In this document: piece after piece, positions 1-11,186 of the stretch | Layout of the letters: every line of letters begins with the position of its first letter | How positions within the stretch are numbered: position 1 is the stretch's first letter | Assembly: GCA_965202985.1 (NCBI GenBank) | Contig: CBDBCF010000002.1 | Location: 96,001 to 160,000 of the forward strand | From: Longimicrobiales bacterium | GTDB taxonomy: Bacteria; Gemmatimonadota; Gemmatimonadetes; Longimicrobiales; Gaopeijiaceae | DNA: 64,000 nucleotides | Direction: 5' to 3' | The notes under the pieces: generated by a model | What the model saw: only the letters and a program-made list of their open reading frames with translations | What the model was told of the DNA's origin: nothing | Database searches by the model: none | Position numbers and translations under genes: made by a program

Positions 1-298
1 CCACCGCGACCTTGGAGTACGGTTGCAGCCCGTTCTCCTTCAACGCGGCCTCCACCGACTCCCGCACCAGCCTCTGGAGCGCTCGCTCCTCCAGGTCCGC
101 GCCGTACTCCGCCATGACGTGCGGCGGCACTCGGCCCTTGCGGAAGCCCTTGACCCGGACGCCCGAAGCGAACTTCCGCCGCGCGGCCTTGCGCTCCGCC
201 TCCACGATGTCCGGCGGAATCACCATGTCGAGCAAGCGCCGACAGTGGGGCCGCTCGGTCACGTTCACGTCGAGCCTGGAGACGTCCACGGGCGTCAA
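1..298 (-). CDS. tig: Trigger factor, N-terminal part (runs off the window)
   Basis: Manual minus-strand translation gives ...VNVTERPHCRRLLDMVIPPDIVEAE...VRVKGFRKGRVP, the GFRxGxxP ribosome-binding signature. Lies downstream of tRNA-Leu as is usual. Start TTG 298 or GTG 289. Confidence 0.9.
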   Translation of the reverse strand, partial: MTPVDVSRLDVNVTERPHCRRLLDMVIPPDIVEAERKAARRKFASGVRVKGFRKGRVPPHVMAEYGADLEERALQRLVRESVEAALKENGLQPYSKVAV

Positions 299-367
299 GA
301 GCCGCGCCCCGCTCCCGGTCCGTCCGGCGCCGCTTCCGGTCGTTCGGTCGCGACCAAGGGCGCCAAG

Positions 368-450
368 TGCGAAAGGGGGGACTCGAACCCCCACGGCCAG
401 CGGCCACAAGATCCTAAATCTTGCGCGTCTACCAGTTCCGCCACTTTCGC
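368..450 (-). tRNA. tRNA-Leu (anticodon TAG)
   Basis: Reverse complement GCGAAAGTGGCGGAACTGGTAGACGCGCAAGATTTAGGATCTTGTGGCCGCTGGCCGTGGGGGTTCGAGTCCCCCCTTTCGCA: acceptor stem GCGAAAG/CTTTCGC, long variable arm, GTTCGA T-loop. CCA not encoded. Confidence 0.96.
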
Positions 451-622
451 TTCCTGTTCGCGTTCGGCGGACCGCCGCCCCCGGGCGGCCCTTGGTTCGG
501 CAGGTCCATTCGAGGCACTAGAAAGCTAATGCCCCTTGGCCCGCCACCAAGCACCAAGGCCGCCGGGCCGCCGAAAGGCGGTCGGGGCGCCCGCGCTCTC
601 CCGCGCCGGGCGCCCCTGCGTC

Positions 623-2176
623 CTACCGGGGGACGCGGATGTTGTAGACGCTTGCGTCGGCCTGCTGGCATTGGGCCACCAGCGAGACCACGTCGCCCGC
701 CTCCACGTCCCGAAGCAGGCGCTCCACGTCGTCGGCGTCGTCCACGGACTCCCGATTGATCTCGTGGATCACGCAACCGCGGCGGATGCCCCTGCGGAAC
801 GCGGGACCGTACTCCTGCACGCGCTCCACCACGGCGCCCCCCGTGGACTCCAACTGCAGGGCTTCGGCCGTCGCAGGCGTGATGTCCGTCACCTGGATCC
901 CCAGCTTGCCGGCGGCGCGCGCGGGAGCCGCGGCCACCTCCGCGGGCTCTTCCAGCAGCGGAGCCTCGCCCAAGCGCACCACCACCTCCCGAGGGCTGCC
1001 GTCCCGGTAGACGGTCAGGCGCACCCGGTCGCCCGGCGCCAGAAGCGCGATCTTGTGCTGAAGGTCGTTGGACGTGCGCACGAGCTCGCCGTCCACCGCG
1101 GTGATCACGTCCCTCATGCGGAGCCCCGCCTCTTCGGCCGGCGTGTCCCGAACCACCTGCTGGACGTGGGCGCCCGCCACCTCGGGCAGCCCGTAGAACT
1201 CCGCGTCCTCCGGCGTCACCGGCTGCATGCTGATCCCCAGGTACGCCCGGCGCACCCGCCCGTAGGCCACCAGGTCCTCCATGATCCGGTGGGCCAAGTC
1301 GATGGGGATGGCGAAGCCGTAGCCCTGGTAGTAGCCCGTGTGGCTCGCGATGGCGGCGTTCATCCCGATGACCTGCCCGCGAAGGTTCACCATCGGTCCG
1401 CCCGAGTTGCCGGGGTTGATCACGGCGTCGGTCTGAATGAAGTCCTCGATCGCGAAGCCGGCCCGCTCCTGGCTGTACTCGTCGTCGGTCTGCAGATCGC
1501 GGCGGATCAGGTTCAGGTTGCGGCCCCTGGCCGACACGATGCCGGCGGTGACGCTGTAGTCCAGCGAACTGCCGCCCCCCCCGCCCGCTCCGAATCCCGG
1601 GTTGCCGATCGCCAGCACCCACTCGCCGACCCGCACCTCGGCCGCCGACCCCAACGTCGCCGGCGCCAGGTCGTCGGCGTCGATCTTGATCACGGCCACG
1701 TCGGTGGTGGGGTCGGTCCCGACCACCTCGGCCGGGAATGCGCGCCCGTCCTGGAGGTACACCGTGATCTCCTGCGCGTCCTCCACGACGTGATTGTTGG
1801 TCATGACGTAGCCGTCCTCGGAGACCACGAAGCCGCTCCCGCCGGTTCTGACGGTCTGTTCGTCCTGCTGGGGCCTGGACCGGAACCGGAAGAGGTCCTC
1901 CATCGTCAGCCGCTGCCGGGCCTGTCGCCGCAACGTCTCGATCCGCACGACCGAGGGCGTCACGGCGCCGGCGATCGCCACGAAGGCGTCGCTCAGTTCC
2001 ATGGCCGGCCGCACCGCCGCCGCGGGCAGCTGGGCCTGCGTCTCCACGAACGGTGTCGACGGAGGGGCCGCCTCGGTGAACCCGAACTGGGACGCCAGCC
2101 CCAGCCCGCACAGAAACGCCACCGCCACCGACAGCGCCACCTTGGTCTTGGCCACCAGCGGGTCGTAGCTCCTCAT
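623..2176 (-). CDS. degP: HtrA/DegP/DegQ serine protease with two PDZ domains
   Basis: N-terminal hydrophobic segment, [32 protein letters not shown], two PDZ-like regions. ATG overlaps the dnaK stop (ATGA). Confidence 0.93.
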   Translation of the reverse strand: MRSYDPLVAKTKVALSVAVAFLCGLGLASQFGFTEAAPPSTPFVETQAQLPAAAVRPAMELSDAFVAIAGAVTPSVVRIETLRRQARQRLTMEDLFRFRSRPQQDEQTVRTGGSGFVVSEDGYVMTNNHVVEDAQEITVYLQDGRAFPAEVVGTDPTTDVAVIKIDADDLAPATLGSAAEVRVGEWVLAIGNPGFGAGGGGGSSLDYSVTAGIVSARGRNLNLIRRDLQTDDEYSQERAGFAIEDFIQTDAVINPGNSGGPMVNLRGQVIGMNAAIASHTGYYQGYGFAIPIDLAHRIMEDLVAYGRVRRAYLGISMQPVTPEDAEFYGLPEVAGAHVQQVVRDTPAEEAGLRMRDVITAVDGELVRTSNDLQHKIALLAPGDRVRLTVYRDGSPREVVVRLGEAPLLEEPAEVAAAPARAAGKLGIQVTDITPATAEALQLESTGGAVVERVQEYGPAFRRGIRRGCVIHEINRESVDDADDVERLLRDVEAGDVVSLVAQCQQADASVYNIRVPR

Positions 2177-4137
2177 GCGCCTGCTCCTTTCTCTTCGTCC
2201 ACGATCTCGTAGTCGGCCTCGACCACGTCCTCTTCCTCTGCTGCGCCGTCCGCGCCGCCGGCGTCGGGCGAAGCTTCCGCGTCCCCGTCGTCGGGGGCCT
2301 CCGCGCCGTCCTCCGCGCCCTCGGACTCGGCCGCCTGGGCCTGGTAGACCTCCTGGCCCGCCGCGCTGAACGCCTGCATCAGCTCGTCGCGCGCCTCGTT
2401 GATCTCGGCGGTGTCGTTGCCCTTCAGCGCCTTCTTGGCCTGCTCCACGGCCGCGTCCAGACGCTCGCGGGTCCCGTCGGCGATCTTCTCGCCCCACTCG
2501 CCCGTATCCTTCTCGACCTGGTACACCAGCGAGTCCAGGTGGTTCCGCGCCTCGGCCTGCTCGCGCCGGGTCTCGTCTTCGGCGGCGTGGGACTCCGCGT
2601 CCTTCACCATCTTGTCGATCTCGGCGTCGCTGAGCCCGCTGGACGCCTCGATGCGCACCTTCTGCTCCTTGCTCGTGGCCCGGTCCTTGGCGGCCACGTG
2701 CAGGATCCCGTTGGCGTCGATGTCGAACGACACCTCGATCTGGGGCACGCCCCTTGGCGCCGGTGGAATCCCGGTGAGCTGGAACTTGCCGATCGTCCGG
2801 TTGTCCAGCGCCATCTTGCGCTCGCCCTGGAGGACGTGAATCTCGACCGTGGTCTGGCTGTCGTCGGCGGTGGAGAACACCTCCATCTTCTTGGTGGGGA
2901 TCGTCGTGTTCCGCTCGATCAGGGGAGTCATGACCCCGCCCAGCGTCTCGATCCCCAGCGACAGCGGCGTCACGTCCAGCAGCAGCACGTCCTTCACGTC
3001 GCCCGCCAGCACGCCGCCCTGGATCGCCGCGCCCACCGCGACCACCTCGTCCGGGTTCACGCCCCGGTGGGGCTCCTGCTCGAAGAACTCCTCCACCACC
3101 TGCTGGATCTTGGGCATCCGCGTGGAGCCGCCCACCAACACCACCTCGTCGATGTCGCCGGGCGACAGCTGGGCGTCCTCGAGCGCCTGCTTCATCGGCG
3201 GGATCGTGCGCTGCACCAGCTCGTCCACCAGCTGCTCGAACTTGGCTCGCGACAGCGAGTAGTTCATGTGCTTCGGGCCTTCGGCCGTGGCGGTGATGAA
3301 CGGCAGGTTGATGTCGGTGGAGGTCGTGGAGGAGAGCTCCATCTTGGCCTTCTCCGCGGCCTCCTTCAGCCGCTGCAGGGCCATCGAGTCCTGAGACAGG
3401 TCGATCCCCTGGTCCCGCTTGAACTCCGCCACCAGCCAGTCGATCAGCACTTGGTCGAAGTCGTCTCCGCCCAGGTGCGTGTCGCCGTTGGTGGCCTTCA
3501 CCTCGAAGACGCCGTCGCCGATCTCGAGGATCGAGATGTCGTAGGTGCCGCCGCCCAGGTCGAAGACGGCGATCTTCTCGTCCTTTTTCTTGTCCAGGCC
3601 GTAGGCGAGCGCCGCCGCCGTGGGCTCGTTGATGATCCGCATGACCTCGAGCCCGGCGATCTTGCCGGCGTCCTTGGTGGCTTGACGCTGGGCGTCGTTG
3701 AAGTACGCGGGCACCGTGATCACGGCCTGGGTCACGTTCGTGCCCAGGTAGTCCTCGGCGGTCTGCCGCATCTTCTGGAGGATCACCGCCGACAGCTCGG
3801 GCGGCGTGTAGTCCTTCTCGCCGTTGGGCAGCTTGACCACGACCCGGTCCCGCCCGTCCGGCTTCACGGAGTAGGGGACCCGCTTGCGCTCCGTCTCCAC
3901 CTCCGAGTGCCTCATGCCCATGAAGCGCTTGATCGAGAAGACGGTGTTCTCGGGGTTGGTGATCGCCTGGCGGCGCGCGACCTGGCCCACCAGCCGCTCG
4001 CCGTCCTTGGCGAACGCCACCACGGAGGGCGTGGTCCTGCCCCCCTCGGAGTTGGGGACGACCGTGGGCTCTCCGCCCTCCATGACCGCCACGACCGAGT
4101 TCGTCGTGCCCAGGTCGATCCCGATGATCTTGCCCAT
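2173..4137 (-). CDS. dnaK: Chaperone DnaK (Hsp70)
   Basis: [40 protein letters not shown], acidic C-terminus. Confidence 0.99.
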   Translation of the reverse strand: MGKIIGIDLGTTNSVVAVMEGGEPTVVPNSEGGRTTPSVVAFAKDGERLVGQVARRQAITNPENTVFSIKRFMGMRHSEVETERKRVPYSVKPDGRDRVVVKLPNGEKDYTPPELSAVILQKMRQTAEDYLGTNVTQAVITVPAYFNDAQRQATKDAGKIAGLEVMRIINEPTAAALAYGLDKKKDEKIAVFDLGGGTYDISILEIGDGVFEVKATNGDTHLGGDDFDQVLIDWLVAEFKRDQGIDLSQDSMALQRLKEAAEKAKMELSSTTSTDINLPFITATAEGPKHMNYSLSRAKFEQLVDELVQRTIPPMKQALEDAQLSPGDIDEVVLVGGSTRMPKIQQVVEEFFEQEPHRGVNPDEVVAVGAAIQGGVLAGDVKDVLLLDVTPLSLGIETLGGVMTPLIERNTTIPTKKMEVFSTADDSQTTVEIHVLQGERKMALDNRTIGKFQLTGIPPAPRGVPQIEVSFDIDANGILHVAAKDRATSKEQKVRIEASSGLSDAEIDKMVKDAESHAAEDETRREQAEARNHLDSLVYQVEKDTGEWGEKIADGTRERLDAAVEQAKKALKGNDTAEINEARDELMQAFSAAGQEVYQAQAAESEGAEDGAEAPDDGDAEASPDAGGADGAAEEEDVVEADYEIVDEEKGAGA

Positions 4138-4233
4138 GTGCTGTTTCCCGTTGGTTTGTTGAGGCGTGTCGTGCAGGCCGGAAGCGGGCTGGCGCCCGGC
4201 GTCCCGAGAAGCCTGCGGTGTCGCGCCCTCTAC

Positions 4234-4249
4234 TGCAATAGACGTGCCG
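4234..4249 (-). promoter_or_regulatory. Sigma54 (RpoN) -24/-12 promoter of dnaK-degP
   Basis: Minus strand CGGCACGTCTATTGCA = GG-N10-GC, matching the TGGCACG-N4-TTGCW consensus, about 100 bp upstream of the dnaK ATG. Confidence 0.75.
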
Positions 4250-4298
4250 GGGATTCGGGTGGTTGCCGGGGGTGCGGAGGCCGGCCGAGACGGGAAGG

Positions 4299-4400
4299 CC
4301 TGCCAATTTGGCAGGGAATGGGGGTTCGGGCAGGCCTGGTCCTGCCATTTTGGCAGGAAAATCGGTGCTCGGGAGGTGCGAGGCCTGCCATTTTGGCAGG
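4299..4400. repeat. Three 17-bp palindromes CCTGCCA(A/T)TTTGGCAGG spaced 42-43 bp (candidate enhancer/UAS)
   Basis: Copies at 4299-4315, 4341-4357 and 4384-4400, read directly from the sequence. Confidence 0.9.
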
Positions 4401-4445
4401 AATCTGGTGGTCGTTGGGGGAGATGAGGCCGCGGGCCCAGGCCGC

Positions 4446-7400
4446 CTACGGACGGTCGATGTCGATCACGATCACGCGCACGCGACGGCGTTGGGCTGGG
4501 GACAGCTGTTCGCGGAGCCGTAGCGCCAGCTCGTCGGGAGACTTGGGGCGCCTGCCGGTGGTTGGAACCATGCACTCTCCGGACCACAGCACCAGGTAGA
4601 TGCCGTGCCCTCCCGATGCGGGGTCGCGCGCGTACCTGTCGATTAGTTGGTCTTCCGCCGCGCTCCATAGGTCGCGGCTGCAGCTCTTCTTGATCTCGAC
4701 GGGGACCGCCGGAACGCCGCCGGGCGCCGATGCGCGGATGTCGGCTCGCTTGCCTTCGGCGTAGTGCGCTTCCGGCTGAATGTCGATCTGCATGGACTCG
4801 ATGCGCGGTCGCAGCAGATCCAGCAACGCAAGGGCGCAGGACGGCTCGGGCTTCATCGTTGTTGGTCGGCCATGGCCATCTACGTTCCAGAACAGCTTCC
4901 AGCCGTTGGTGTTGCCGTCGCGAATCTCTTCCTTCAAGCGCCGAAGCTGGTCCGCGACGACCTCGGCCAGGTCGCCGGCGTTGGCTGGGGGACCGCCGCT
5001 CAGCACATCGGCGATCTCGCGGAGCGACGGAGGGTGGTGGGTGGCCTCCCGGCGAAGCTCCCTCTGCTCCTCGCGCGCCCGATCGAGCTCGTTCCGCCAG
5101 GATGCAAGCGCCGGATCTCCGGCCAAGCGCCGCAACGCCCCGCTGGCCGACGGCCCCGGCTCGCCGGCCAAGTACCGGATGCAACGCCCGACAAGCTTGC
5201 TAACTCTGTCATGGACATCCTCCTGGTCGGAGACGATGCGGGCCCGGGCCTGGAGCTCGGCAAGCGAGCTTCGGCTCAACCATTCGGGCGGCCAGCGACT
5301 GCCGAACTGCCGCGCGAGCAGGAATGCGCCACCGACGCCGGCGCCCCCCGGCGAAAACTGCGTGTCACCTCTTCCCGTCGCCCAGGCGTCCGCGAGCTGG
5401 CCGACCGTGACGTCGCGCTTGTCGGCAAGAAATCCCAGAGCGCGGCCTACGAACTGCCGTGGCCATATCCGAACCGCGGTCCCCAGCCAAAAGGCCCGCT
5501 GGGCCGTGTCCATGCTATCGAAGCTCAACCTGCGCTCCACGAGTGGGCGCAGCTCGTCTCTCGGGAGGTTGCGCAGCGCGACTTCGAGCACCCCCCGAAG
5601 CTCGGCCAAGTGTCGCTTGGTCCCGCGGACGGGGAATGCGTCCAGCAACCTGGGGACGATTTCGCCGAGCAGGTCCGCATGCCTGTTCTCCAGCAAGAAC
5701 AGGTGGTGTTCCTCGTAGTCGCACCGGCCGCGAATCTGCGCCTTCAGAACCTTGACGAACACCTCGGTCGCAAGCTTCGGCTTGGCGTCGAGCAGGGCGT
5801 CGACCCAGCGCGGCAGGCCCTTGTCCATCACGACGGTCAAGTAGTGCAGGCCCAGTGCGCTTCGAATACGGTCGTCGCCGAAGGAGCCGGGAATCGCGCC
5901 CCGGCGTCGGCCCAAGTGGTCGAGCCCGGCCAGAAAGGGATAGGCCGTCCGCCACATCTTGCCCTCGCGGTCGAACTCGATCAGCCGGGCCAAGCTGGGA
6001 ACGTCGCTCTCGCTGGGGACTCGGGACAGCGTGCCCAACGCGGCTTCGACCGCTTCCGAGACGTTGTCGCCGTCGTCGTCGCCGGAGCCTTCGGAGAGCC
6101 ACTGCCGCAGTCGCTCGACGGGTTCCATCGACGGCTCCATCGGCTTGATTCCCAGGTAGGCGACGGCCACCCCCTGAACGAACTCCGGGCGCGCGTTGTC
6201 CTTGTGCAATAGGTTCCGGCGCTCTTGGACAGCCTGTCGAACGCCGTCGCGGTACGGTCCCTCGCGCACGGCGTGGGTCTGCCGCATCTGGGCTTCCCGC
6301 TCTACTAGGCGTTCGACGTATTGGACGAGCTCGGGGTGGTCACGCAACCGAGATCGTAGCCGCTCGACTTCATCCGCTTTGGTCAGCGCATCAGATGTGG
6401 CGCCGCTCGGTGGCCGAAGCGCGAGGGTGCGGAAGTTCACGTGCATTTCGATGTGTCGGCGCGCATGGTCCGGCGAGGTGGCCGCCGCGGCCACGGCCTC
6501 GTCGAGGCAGATCCGTGCGGCTTCGTTGGGTGGGAGGCCCAGAAGAAGGACGTTCATGCGCATGTAGGCGTGGACTTCGCCAGGCCCGCGCTGTGCGTCG
6601 CCGGAAAGCTGTACGTCGCGCCGTACGTGTTCTTTCAGCAGGGCTCGGCGGACGGCGGGGCGTGTCGACAACCAAGGCTCCACCGGACTCGTGGTCCTGC
6701 GGAGGTGGCTAGGCTTCGGGTGCACAGACAGCCAGTCGTACAACCTGGAGACGCCGACTTTGTCACCGTGCAGTCCAAGACCCCGGTCCAGCAGCTGGAC
6801 GAACTCCTCTTCGCCGATCCCTCCGAACGGTGTCCGATAGTCGGCGTCGGCTTGGTCTCGATCGAGCCCGCAAAGCACGTCGAGGAGGTCGGGGAGGTCC
6901 CCGTCTTCGGTTTTGTTCGCCAGCGCGCGCGACAGATGCCACCTGAGGGTCGACACGATCGTCGGAGGCAGGAACTGCCGGATCTCCGACGGCCCGATGC
7001 GGTGCGGATAGAGTTCCTCGATGAGCCGGGCCCGAAGCTCTTGACTCGAATCCTCGACGTGCCCGGCGCTCACGTCCTTCAACATCGCTCGCAGGCGGCC
7101 GAACTCTTCGTCGTGCTCCGCGATCCGCAGTGCGAGGGCGAGCGCTTGCATCTTGACCATAGGCCACCACCGATCGTCGCGGGCCACGGCTACGGCTTCG
7201 CGCACCGAAAACGCGCGGTCAGACGAAGACTCGGACGCCAGACCCTCGAACAGGAACTTGACGACCGACTGCACGGAACCGCTCGGGTCGGGCTCGGCGA
7301 TGCAGCTTCGGAGAAACGCCGTCGTCTCGGGGCCGGTCAGCGCGGACCTTACGGCCGGGCTGGTCCGGCGCAGCACGAGGGCGCGGTGGCGAGGAAGTCG

Positions 7401-8642
7401 CGCGAGCGCCCGCAGAAGGCGTCGCTTCTGGCCCTGGGGGAGGACGGTCGGGTCCCCGGACGTGAGCATGTCGACGGGCACTTGCTCCACCAAGCTAGCG
7501 CGTGCGTCGGGGTTGAGCGTCGCGAGCCAAGCCGCCAGTCCTCGAAGACTAGGGACGACGGCACCGTCGGCGCCCACAAGAAGGGCCAACACGCGGCCTG
7601 GCGGGACGCCCTCTTCGATCCGCTCGTGAAGGTGTTTCGCCGCCAAGTGCTCGGCCACGCTGCGGTGCACGGGGACCAAGGCTCCGGGGATGTGGGCGGA
7701 CGAGAACAGCCTGGTGCTCAGCGCCGCCGCCAGCGCATACGTGCCTTCGTCCGAGAGCGCCTTGGCAGGAATCTCGTCGAGACGCAGCGATGTCCGGGCG
7801 TGAGCGTCCGCATTCCACGCGCCGGCTGTCGCGATCCGCTCCTTTCCGCCGATCATGATGAGCGCTGCTAAGCGGCTGGCCGCCGAGATCTTGTCGTCGA
7901 GACCAACCGGGACCCTGCTCGCCGCTCCGTGCTGCGGGTTCTCCTCTTTCGCCAACTCGGTACAAGCCATCTCGAACGTCTCGAGCCTGCTCTTGGGCCA
8001 GCGATTCCCGGCTGCGAACGCCTTGGCGAGCAGGCGAAGCGTCAGGGGATGATCGAGCAGTTCGCCAAGGCCGCGGTCGCGGGCGGTCGCCAGGAACTCG
8101 TCGGGGTCCCGCACGCCGTGCTCGGCCAGCAGCTCCTTGGCGTTGGCTTCCGTGAGCGGGTCCAGAAGGAGCAGGGGCAGTTTCTCGTAGCCGGGCAGCG
8201 ACCGAACTTCGTTCTCGTCGCTTCCCGCCAGCCAAGCGGACGCCCGGCAGGAGATTCTGACGCGGGGCCGATCGAGGGCCTGCAACTTTGCCAGGATGTC
8301 GTCGAGATGCTTGTGCGGGCTGCCGCCCCCGGCGCGGACCTCGTCGAGTCCGTCGATGAAGAGCGTCTTGCGCCGCCATTCGGGTCGGTGACCGGCATCC
8401 CGCAGAAAGCGGCGCGCCGGGAGGCATATGCAGTCGTCCGCCTCGGCTCCCTGCTCGAACTCGGTCGTCTTTCCGGAGCCTGGGTCGCCGAGCAGCACGT
8501 AGGCGCGCTCGTGCCGGAAGGCGGAGATGGGCTGCGAGGGGGAGGCCTGGGCCGGGGCAGACGCCTGGGCGGAGGCGGTCGCGACTTCCTGCTCGCGCAC
8601 GACCAACGTGACGGTCCGCGGGACGACCCGCTTCGGCGTCAT
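4446..8642 (-). CDS. NACHT/STAND-type NTPase with helical region and C-terminal PD-(D/E)xK nuclease-like domain (1398 aa)
   Basis: Walker [12 protein letters not shown], Walker [32 protein letters not shown]-terminal E..RADI..VPVEIK..DQL..RY..GIYLVLW. ATG 8642 overlaps the upstream stop. Confidence 0.85.
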   Translation of the reverse strand: MTPKRVVPRTVTLVVREQEVATASAQASAPAQASPSQPISAFRHERAYVLLGDPGSGKTTEFEQGAEADDCICLPARRFLRDAGHRPEWRRKTLFIDGLDEVRAGGGSPHKHLDDILAKLQALDRPRVRISCRASAWLAGSDENEVRSLPGYEKLPLLLLDPLTEANAKELLAEHGVRDPDEFLATARDRGLGELLDHPLTLRLLAKAFAAGNRWPKSRLETFEMACTELAKEENPQHGAASRVPVGLDDKISAASRLAALIMIGGKERIATAGAWNADAHARTSLRLDEIPAKALSDEGTYALAAALSTRLFSSAHIPGALVPVHRSVAEHLAAKHLHERIEEGVPPGRVLALLVGADGAVVPSLRGLAAWLATLNPDARASLVEQVPVDMLTSGDPTVLPQGQKRRLLRALARLPRHRALVLRRTSPAVRSALTGPETTAFLRSCIAEPDPSGSVQSVVKFLFEGLASESSSDRAFSVREAVAVARDDRWWPMVKMQALALALRIAEHDEEFGRLRAMLKDVSAGHVEDSSQELRARLIEELYPHRIGPSEIRQFLPPTIVSTLRWHLSRALANKTEDGDLPDLLDVLCGLDRDQADADYRTPFGGIGEEEFVQLLDRGLGLHGDKVGVSRLYDWLSVHPKPSHLRRTTSPVEPWLSTRPAVRRALLKEHVRRDVQLSGDAQRGPGEVHAYMRMNVLLLGLPPNEAARICLDEAVAAAATSPDHARRHIEMHVNFRTLALRPPSGATSDALTKADEVERLRSRLRDHPELVQYVERLVEREAQMRQTHAVREGPYRDGVRQAVQERRNLLHKDNARPEFVQGVAVAYLGIKPMEPSMEPVERLRQWLSEGSGDDDGDNVSEAVEAALGTLSRVPSESDVPSLARLIEFDREGKMWRTAYPFLAGLDHLGRRRGAIPGSFGDDRIRSALGLHYLTVVMDKGLPRWVDALLDAKPKLATEVFVKVLKAQIRGRCDYEEHHLFLLENRHADLLGEIVPRLLDAFPVRGTKRHLAELRGVLEVALRNLPRDELRPLVERRLSFDSMDTAQRAFWLGTAVRIWPRQFVGRALGFLADKRDVTVGQLADAWATGRGDTQFSPGGAGVGGAFLLARQFGSRWPPEWLSRSSLAELQARARIVSDQEDVHDRVSKLVGRCIRYLAGEPGPSASGALRRLAGDPALASWRNELDRAREEQRELRREATHHPPSLREIADVLSGGPPANAGDLAEVVADQLRRLKEEIRDGNTNGWKLFWNVDGHGRPTTMKPEPSCALALLDLLRPRIESMQIDIQPEAHYAEGKRADIRASAPGGVPAVPVEIKKSCSRDLWSAAEDQLIDRYARDPASGGHGIYLVLWSGECMVPTTGRRPKSPDELALRLREQLSPAQRRRVRVIVIDIDRP

Positions 8643-9868
8643 CCTTCCTCCAGCCAATGCGCGGCGGGCTCCCAAAGGAACTCGGCGAGCGGAGTTCCGC
8701 CCGTGCCGACGAGGCGCGTCTTGGCACCGGGGAAGCGAGCGCGAAACTCCTCCAGACCGCTCGTCGCTCCACGCTTGCCGCTCTTCACTTCGATGCCGAC
8801 GACGTGCGGGCCCCGGGTCAGGACGAAGTCAACCTCGCGACCGTCGCGCCGCCAGTAGCCAAGCTTGACCGCCGCCGGCAGCGTGTTGTGGAGGTGGGCT
8901 CCGACGGCGCTCTCGACGATCCTTCCCCAGAGGCTGCGGTCCTGCCTTGCCTCTTCCAACGAATAGCCCAGATGCACGGTCATGACGGCGGCGTCCAGCA
9001 CGTTGAGCTTCGGCGGCGCGGCCCGGCGGAGGTGGCTCTTGGCGGAGTGCTTCGGGAGCGCTGCGGCCAGCCCCCCGTTCTCGAGCAGTCCGAGGTAGCG
9101 GGCCAGCGTCGTGGCGTTGCCGGCGTCGGCTAGCTGGCCGAGCATCTTGGTGTACGCAAGGATCTGCCCGGAGTAGTCGGGCACGAGCTCCATCAGCTGT
9201 CGCATCAGCGCGGGCTTGTCGACCTTGGCCAGCGAAAGGATGTCCCTGCTGATGGTGGGCTCCACGATCGCGCCCAGGACGTAGCGGCGCCAAGCGTCCA
9301 GGTCTCCCCGCACCTGCGCCGCCGCCGGGTAGCCCCCGAAGAACAGGTACTCGTCCAAGGTGAAGTCGAACGCCGACACCATTTCCCGAAGCGACCACTG
9401 GCGAACCGACACCGGTATGAAGCGACCGGTCAAGCTCTCGTTCAGGCCCGTCATCATGTCCCAAGGGGCGGAGCCCAGCACCACGACGCGCAGCGGACAG
9501 CCCTCGGCCCGGTCTCGGTCCCACAGCCCCTTGACCAAGCCGGACCAGTTCTCGATCTGGTGCACCTCGTCCAGGGCCAGGACGAACCCCGACCGGCTCG
9601 CGCAGGCTTCCCGGCGCCCCTGGTTCCAAACGTTCACGAGCCACTCGCCGTCAGGCACGGCGCCGATCCGCCCAAAGGGGACCTCGTTGGCCTCCGGATC
9701 GTCCACCGCCACCAGCCGATGGGGCAGCCCCGAGCGCCGAAGCGCCTGCTCGACGGCCGTGGTCTTGCCCGTCTGCCTGGGGCCGACGACGGCCACGAGG
9801 AGGTTCGGCCTCTCCATGGCCAGCAGCTCCACGACCCGCTTGACGAGCGGTCTTTCGTAGGTGTTCAT
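8639..9868 (-). CDS. AAA+ ATPase with C-terminal DUF4143-type PD-(D/E)xK domain (AAA_14/DUF4143 family)
   Basis: YERPL, GPRQTGKTT, LDEVH, LGSA, ESLTGRF, GGYP, YWR..EVDFV..GIEVKSG. Confidence 0.9.
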   Translation of the reverse strand: MNTYERPLVKRVVELLAMERPNLLVAVVGPRQTGKTTAVEQALRRSGLPHRLVAVDDPEANEVPFGRIGAVPDGEWLVNVWNQGRREACASRSGFVLALDEVHQIENWSGLVKGLWDRDRAEGCPLRVVVLGSAPWDMMTGLNESLTGRFIPVSVRQWSLREMVSAFDFTLDEYLFFGGYPAAAQVRGDLDAWRRYVLGAIVEPTISRDILSLAKVDKPALMRQLMELVPDYSGQILAYTKMLGQLADAGNATTLARYLGLLENGGLAAALPKHSAKSHLRRAAPPKLNVLDAAVMTVHLGYSLEEARQDRSLWGRIVESAVGAHLHNTLPAAVKLGYWRRDGREVDFVLTRGPHVVGIEVKSGKRGATSGLEEFRARFPGAKTRLVGTGGTPLAEFLWEPAAHWLEEG

Positions 9869-9911
9869 TCGACTTCTTTCCGATGATTGAAGAGAATTCC
9901 ACGATGACGTA

Positions 9912-9940
9912 ATGATACCAGATCAAGGAACTTGTGGCAA
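9912..9940 (-). promoter_or_regulatory. Sigma70-type promoter for the AAA/DUF4143-NACHT operon
   Basis: Minus strand TTGCCA-17 bp-TATCAT, with extended TG. Confidence 0.55.
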
Positions 9941-10070
9941 GGTGGAGGACCGGGTGTCTGCGCGAGTCGCCGTCGGCGGGGGCTGGCGCATCCACGGCGG
10001 GCGGACTAGCTTCCGTCCGGTCTTCGACCCCGCTCGTCATAACCGAGAGACACCCGAGGACAGCAAAACC

Positions 10071-11186
10071 ATGATCACGCGAATTTACGTAGACAACTTT
10101 CGTTGCCTGACGAACTTCGAAGTCTCGCTGGGTCAGGCATCCGTCTTTCTGGGAGCCAACGGCAGCGGAAAGAGCACGGTATTCGACGTGTTGCGTAAGG
10201 TTCAGCAGTTGATCGTCGGGAAGAGAAAGCTGGAAGAGGTACTTTCGCAGGACGATCTTTCGTTGCAGCAAACCGCCGACCGCCAATCGATCGTCCTCGA
10301 CTTGACGCTCGGGTCTATCGAGTACCGGTACGCTCTGACGATCGGCCACCGTCGCGATTCGGGGAAGATGCGAATCGACGCGGAGACTCTCTCTTGCGAC
10401 GGCCAGCCCCTGTTCGAGTTCGAGGCTGGCGAAGCCCAACTGTATCGCGACGACCATACCAAGGGACCGAGCTATCCGTTCGACTGGGCGCAATCTGGCG
10501 TGGGATATCTGTACGAACGGCCGGACAACAAGAAACTGTCGCGCTTCAAGCGGGAACTTGCCAATGTCGTGATTGTGAGTCCATGTCCCGTGCTCTTCGA
10601 ATCCGAAAGTCGTTCGGAAGACGAATTTCTCGAATCCACCATGCGCAACTTCGTTGGATGGTACAGGCACACCGCACAAGAAAACATGGGCGGGGTTGCA
10701 AGGCTGTTCGGGGAGCTTGCCGAGATTATGCCAGGATTCGATTCCCTTGCGCTTGCCGAGTCCGGCGAGAAGGCTCGCGCTCTCCGAGCGGTGTTCAGCG
10801 AACCGGGCCGCGGAAAAGATAAGAATCGATATGCATTCCATCAGCTGTCGGATGGGCAAAGATCTTTGATCGCGCTCTATTCGTTGCTCTTCCTTGCCGG
10901 GGACGAGAAGATGTCATTGTTTGTCGACGAACCGGAGAACTACTTGTCCTTGCGAGAGGTACAACCCTGGGTGGTAAGCGCGTCGGATGCTCTAGGAGAG
11001 ACATTGGAGCAGGTCGCGATCATCTCGCATCACCCCGTTACGATCGACTACTTGGCCGACGGGAACGCCAAGTGGTTCTATCGAGACGGCGAGGGTCCCG
11101 TACGAATAGCGGACGAACCCGAAGCGTCCAGCGACGTGCTCGCAGTATCGGAGTTGATTGCCCGAGGGTGGGACCGGCAGCCATGA
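10071..11186 (+). CDS. ABC/SMC-like ATPase (AAA_21/AAA_15 type)
   Basis: MITRIYVDNFRCL, Walker A GANGSGKS, signature LSDGQ, Walker B LFVDEPE, H-loop ISHHP. Visibly lower GC than the core genes. Confidence 0.9.
   Translation: MITRIYVDNFRCLTNFEVSLGQASVFLGANGSGKSTVFDVLRKVQQLIVGKRKLEEVLSQDDLSLQQTADRQSIVLDLTLGSIEYRYALTIGHRRDSGKMRIDAETLSCDGQPLFEFEAGEAQLYRDDHTKGPSYPFDWAQSGVGYLYERPDNKKLSRFKRELANVVIVSPCPVLFESESRSEDEFLESTMRNFVGWYRHTAQENMGGVARLFGELAEIMPGFDSLALAESGEKARALRAVFSEPGRGKDKNRYAFHQLSDGQRSLIALYSLLFLAGDEKMSLFVDEPENYLSLREVQPWVVSASDALGETLEQVAIISHHPVTIDYLADGNAKWFYRDGEGPVRIADEPEASSDVLAVSELIARGWDRQP

Noticed and set aside
368..450. tRNA-Leu as integration site for the defence islands
   Set aside because: No duplicated tRNA 3' end or integrase was seen, and the tRNA is flanked by core genes.
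4299..4400. Repeat-spacer pattern resembling a mini CRISPR array
   Set aside because: Only three 17-bp palindromes with ~25-bp spacers that partly resemble each other, no cas genes, and a position upstream of a sigma54 motif that fits operator sites better.
2539..4599. 686-aa plus-strand ORF antisense to dnaK, and similar long antisense ORFs over pcrA, infB, pnp, proS and guaA
   Set aside because: Shadow ORFs caused by high-GC codon bias; the opposite strand carries clear conserved genes.
623..5184. 1241-aa and 1003-aa ORFs suggesting giant DegP or DnaK fusions
   Set aside because: The N-terminal extensions are off-frame read-through of neighbouring sequence; the real starts are at 2176 and 4137.
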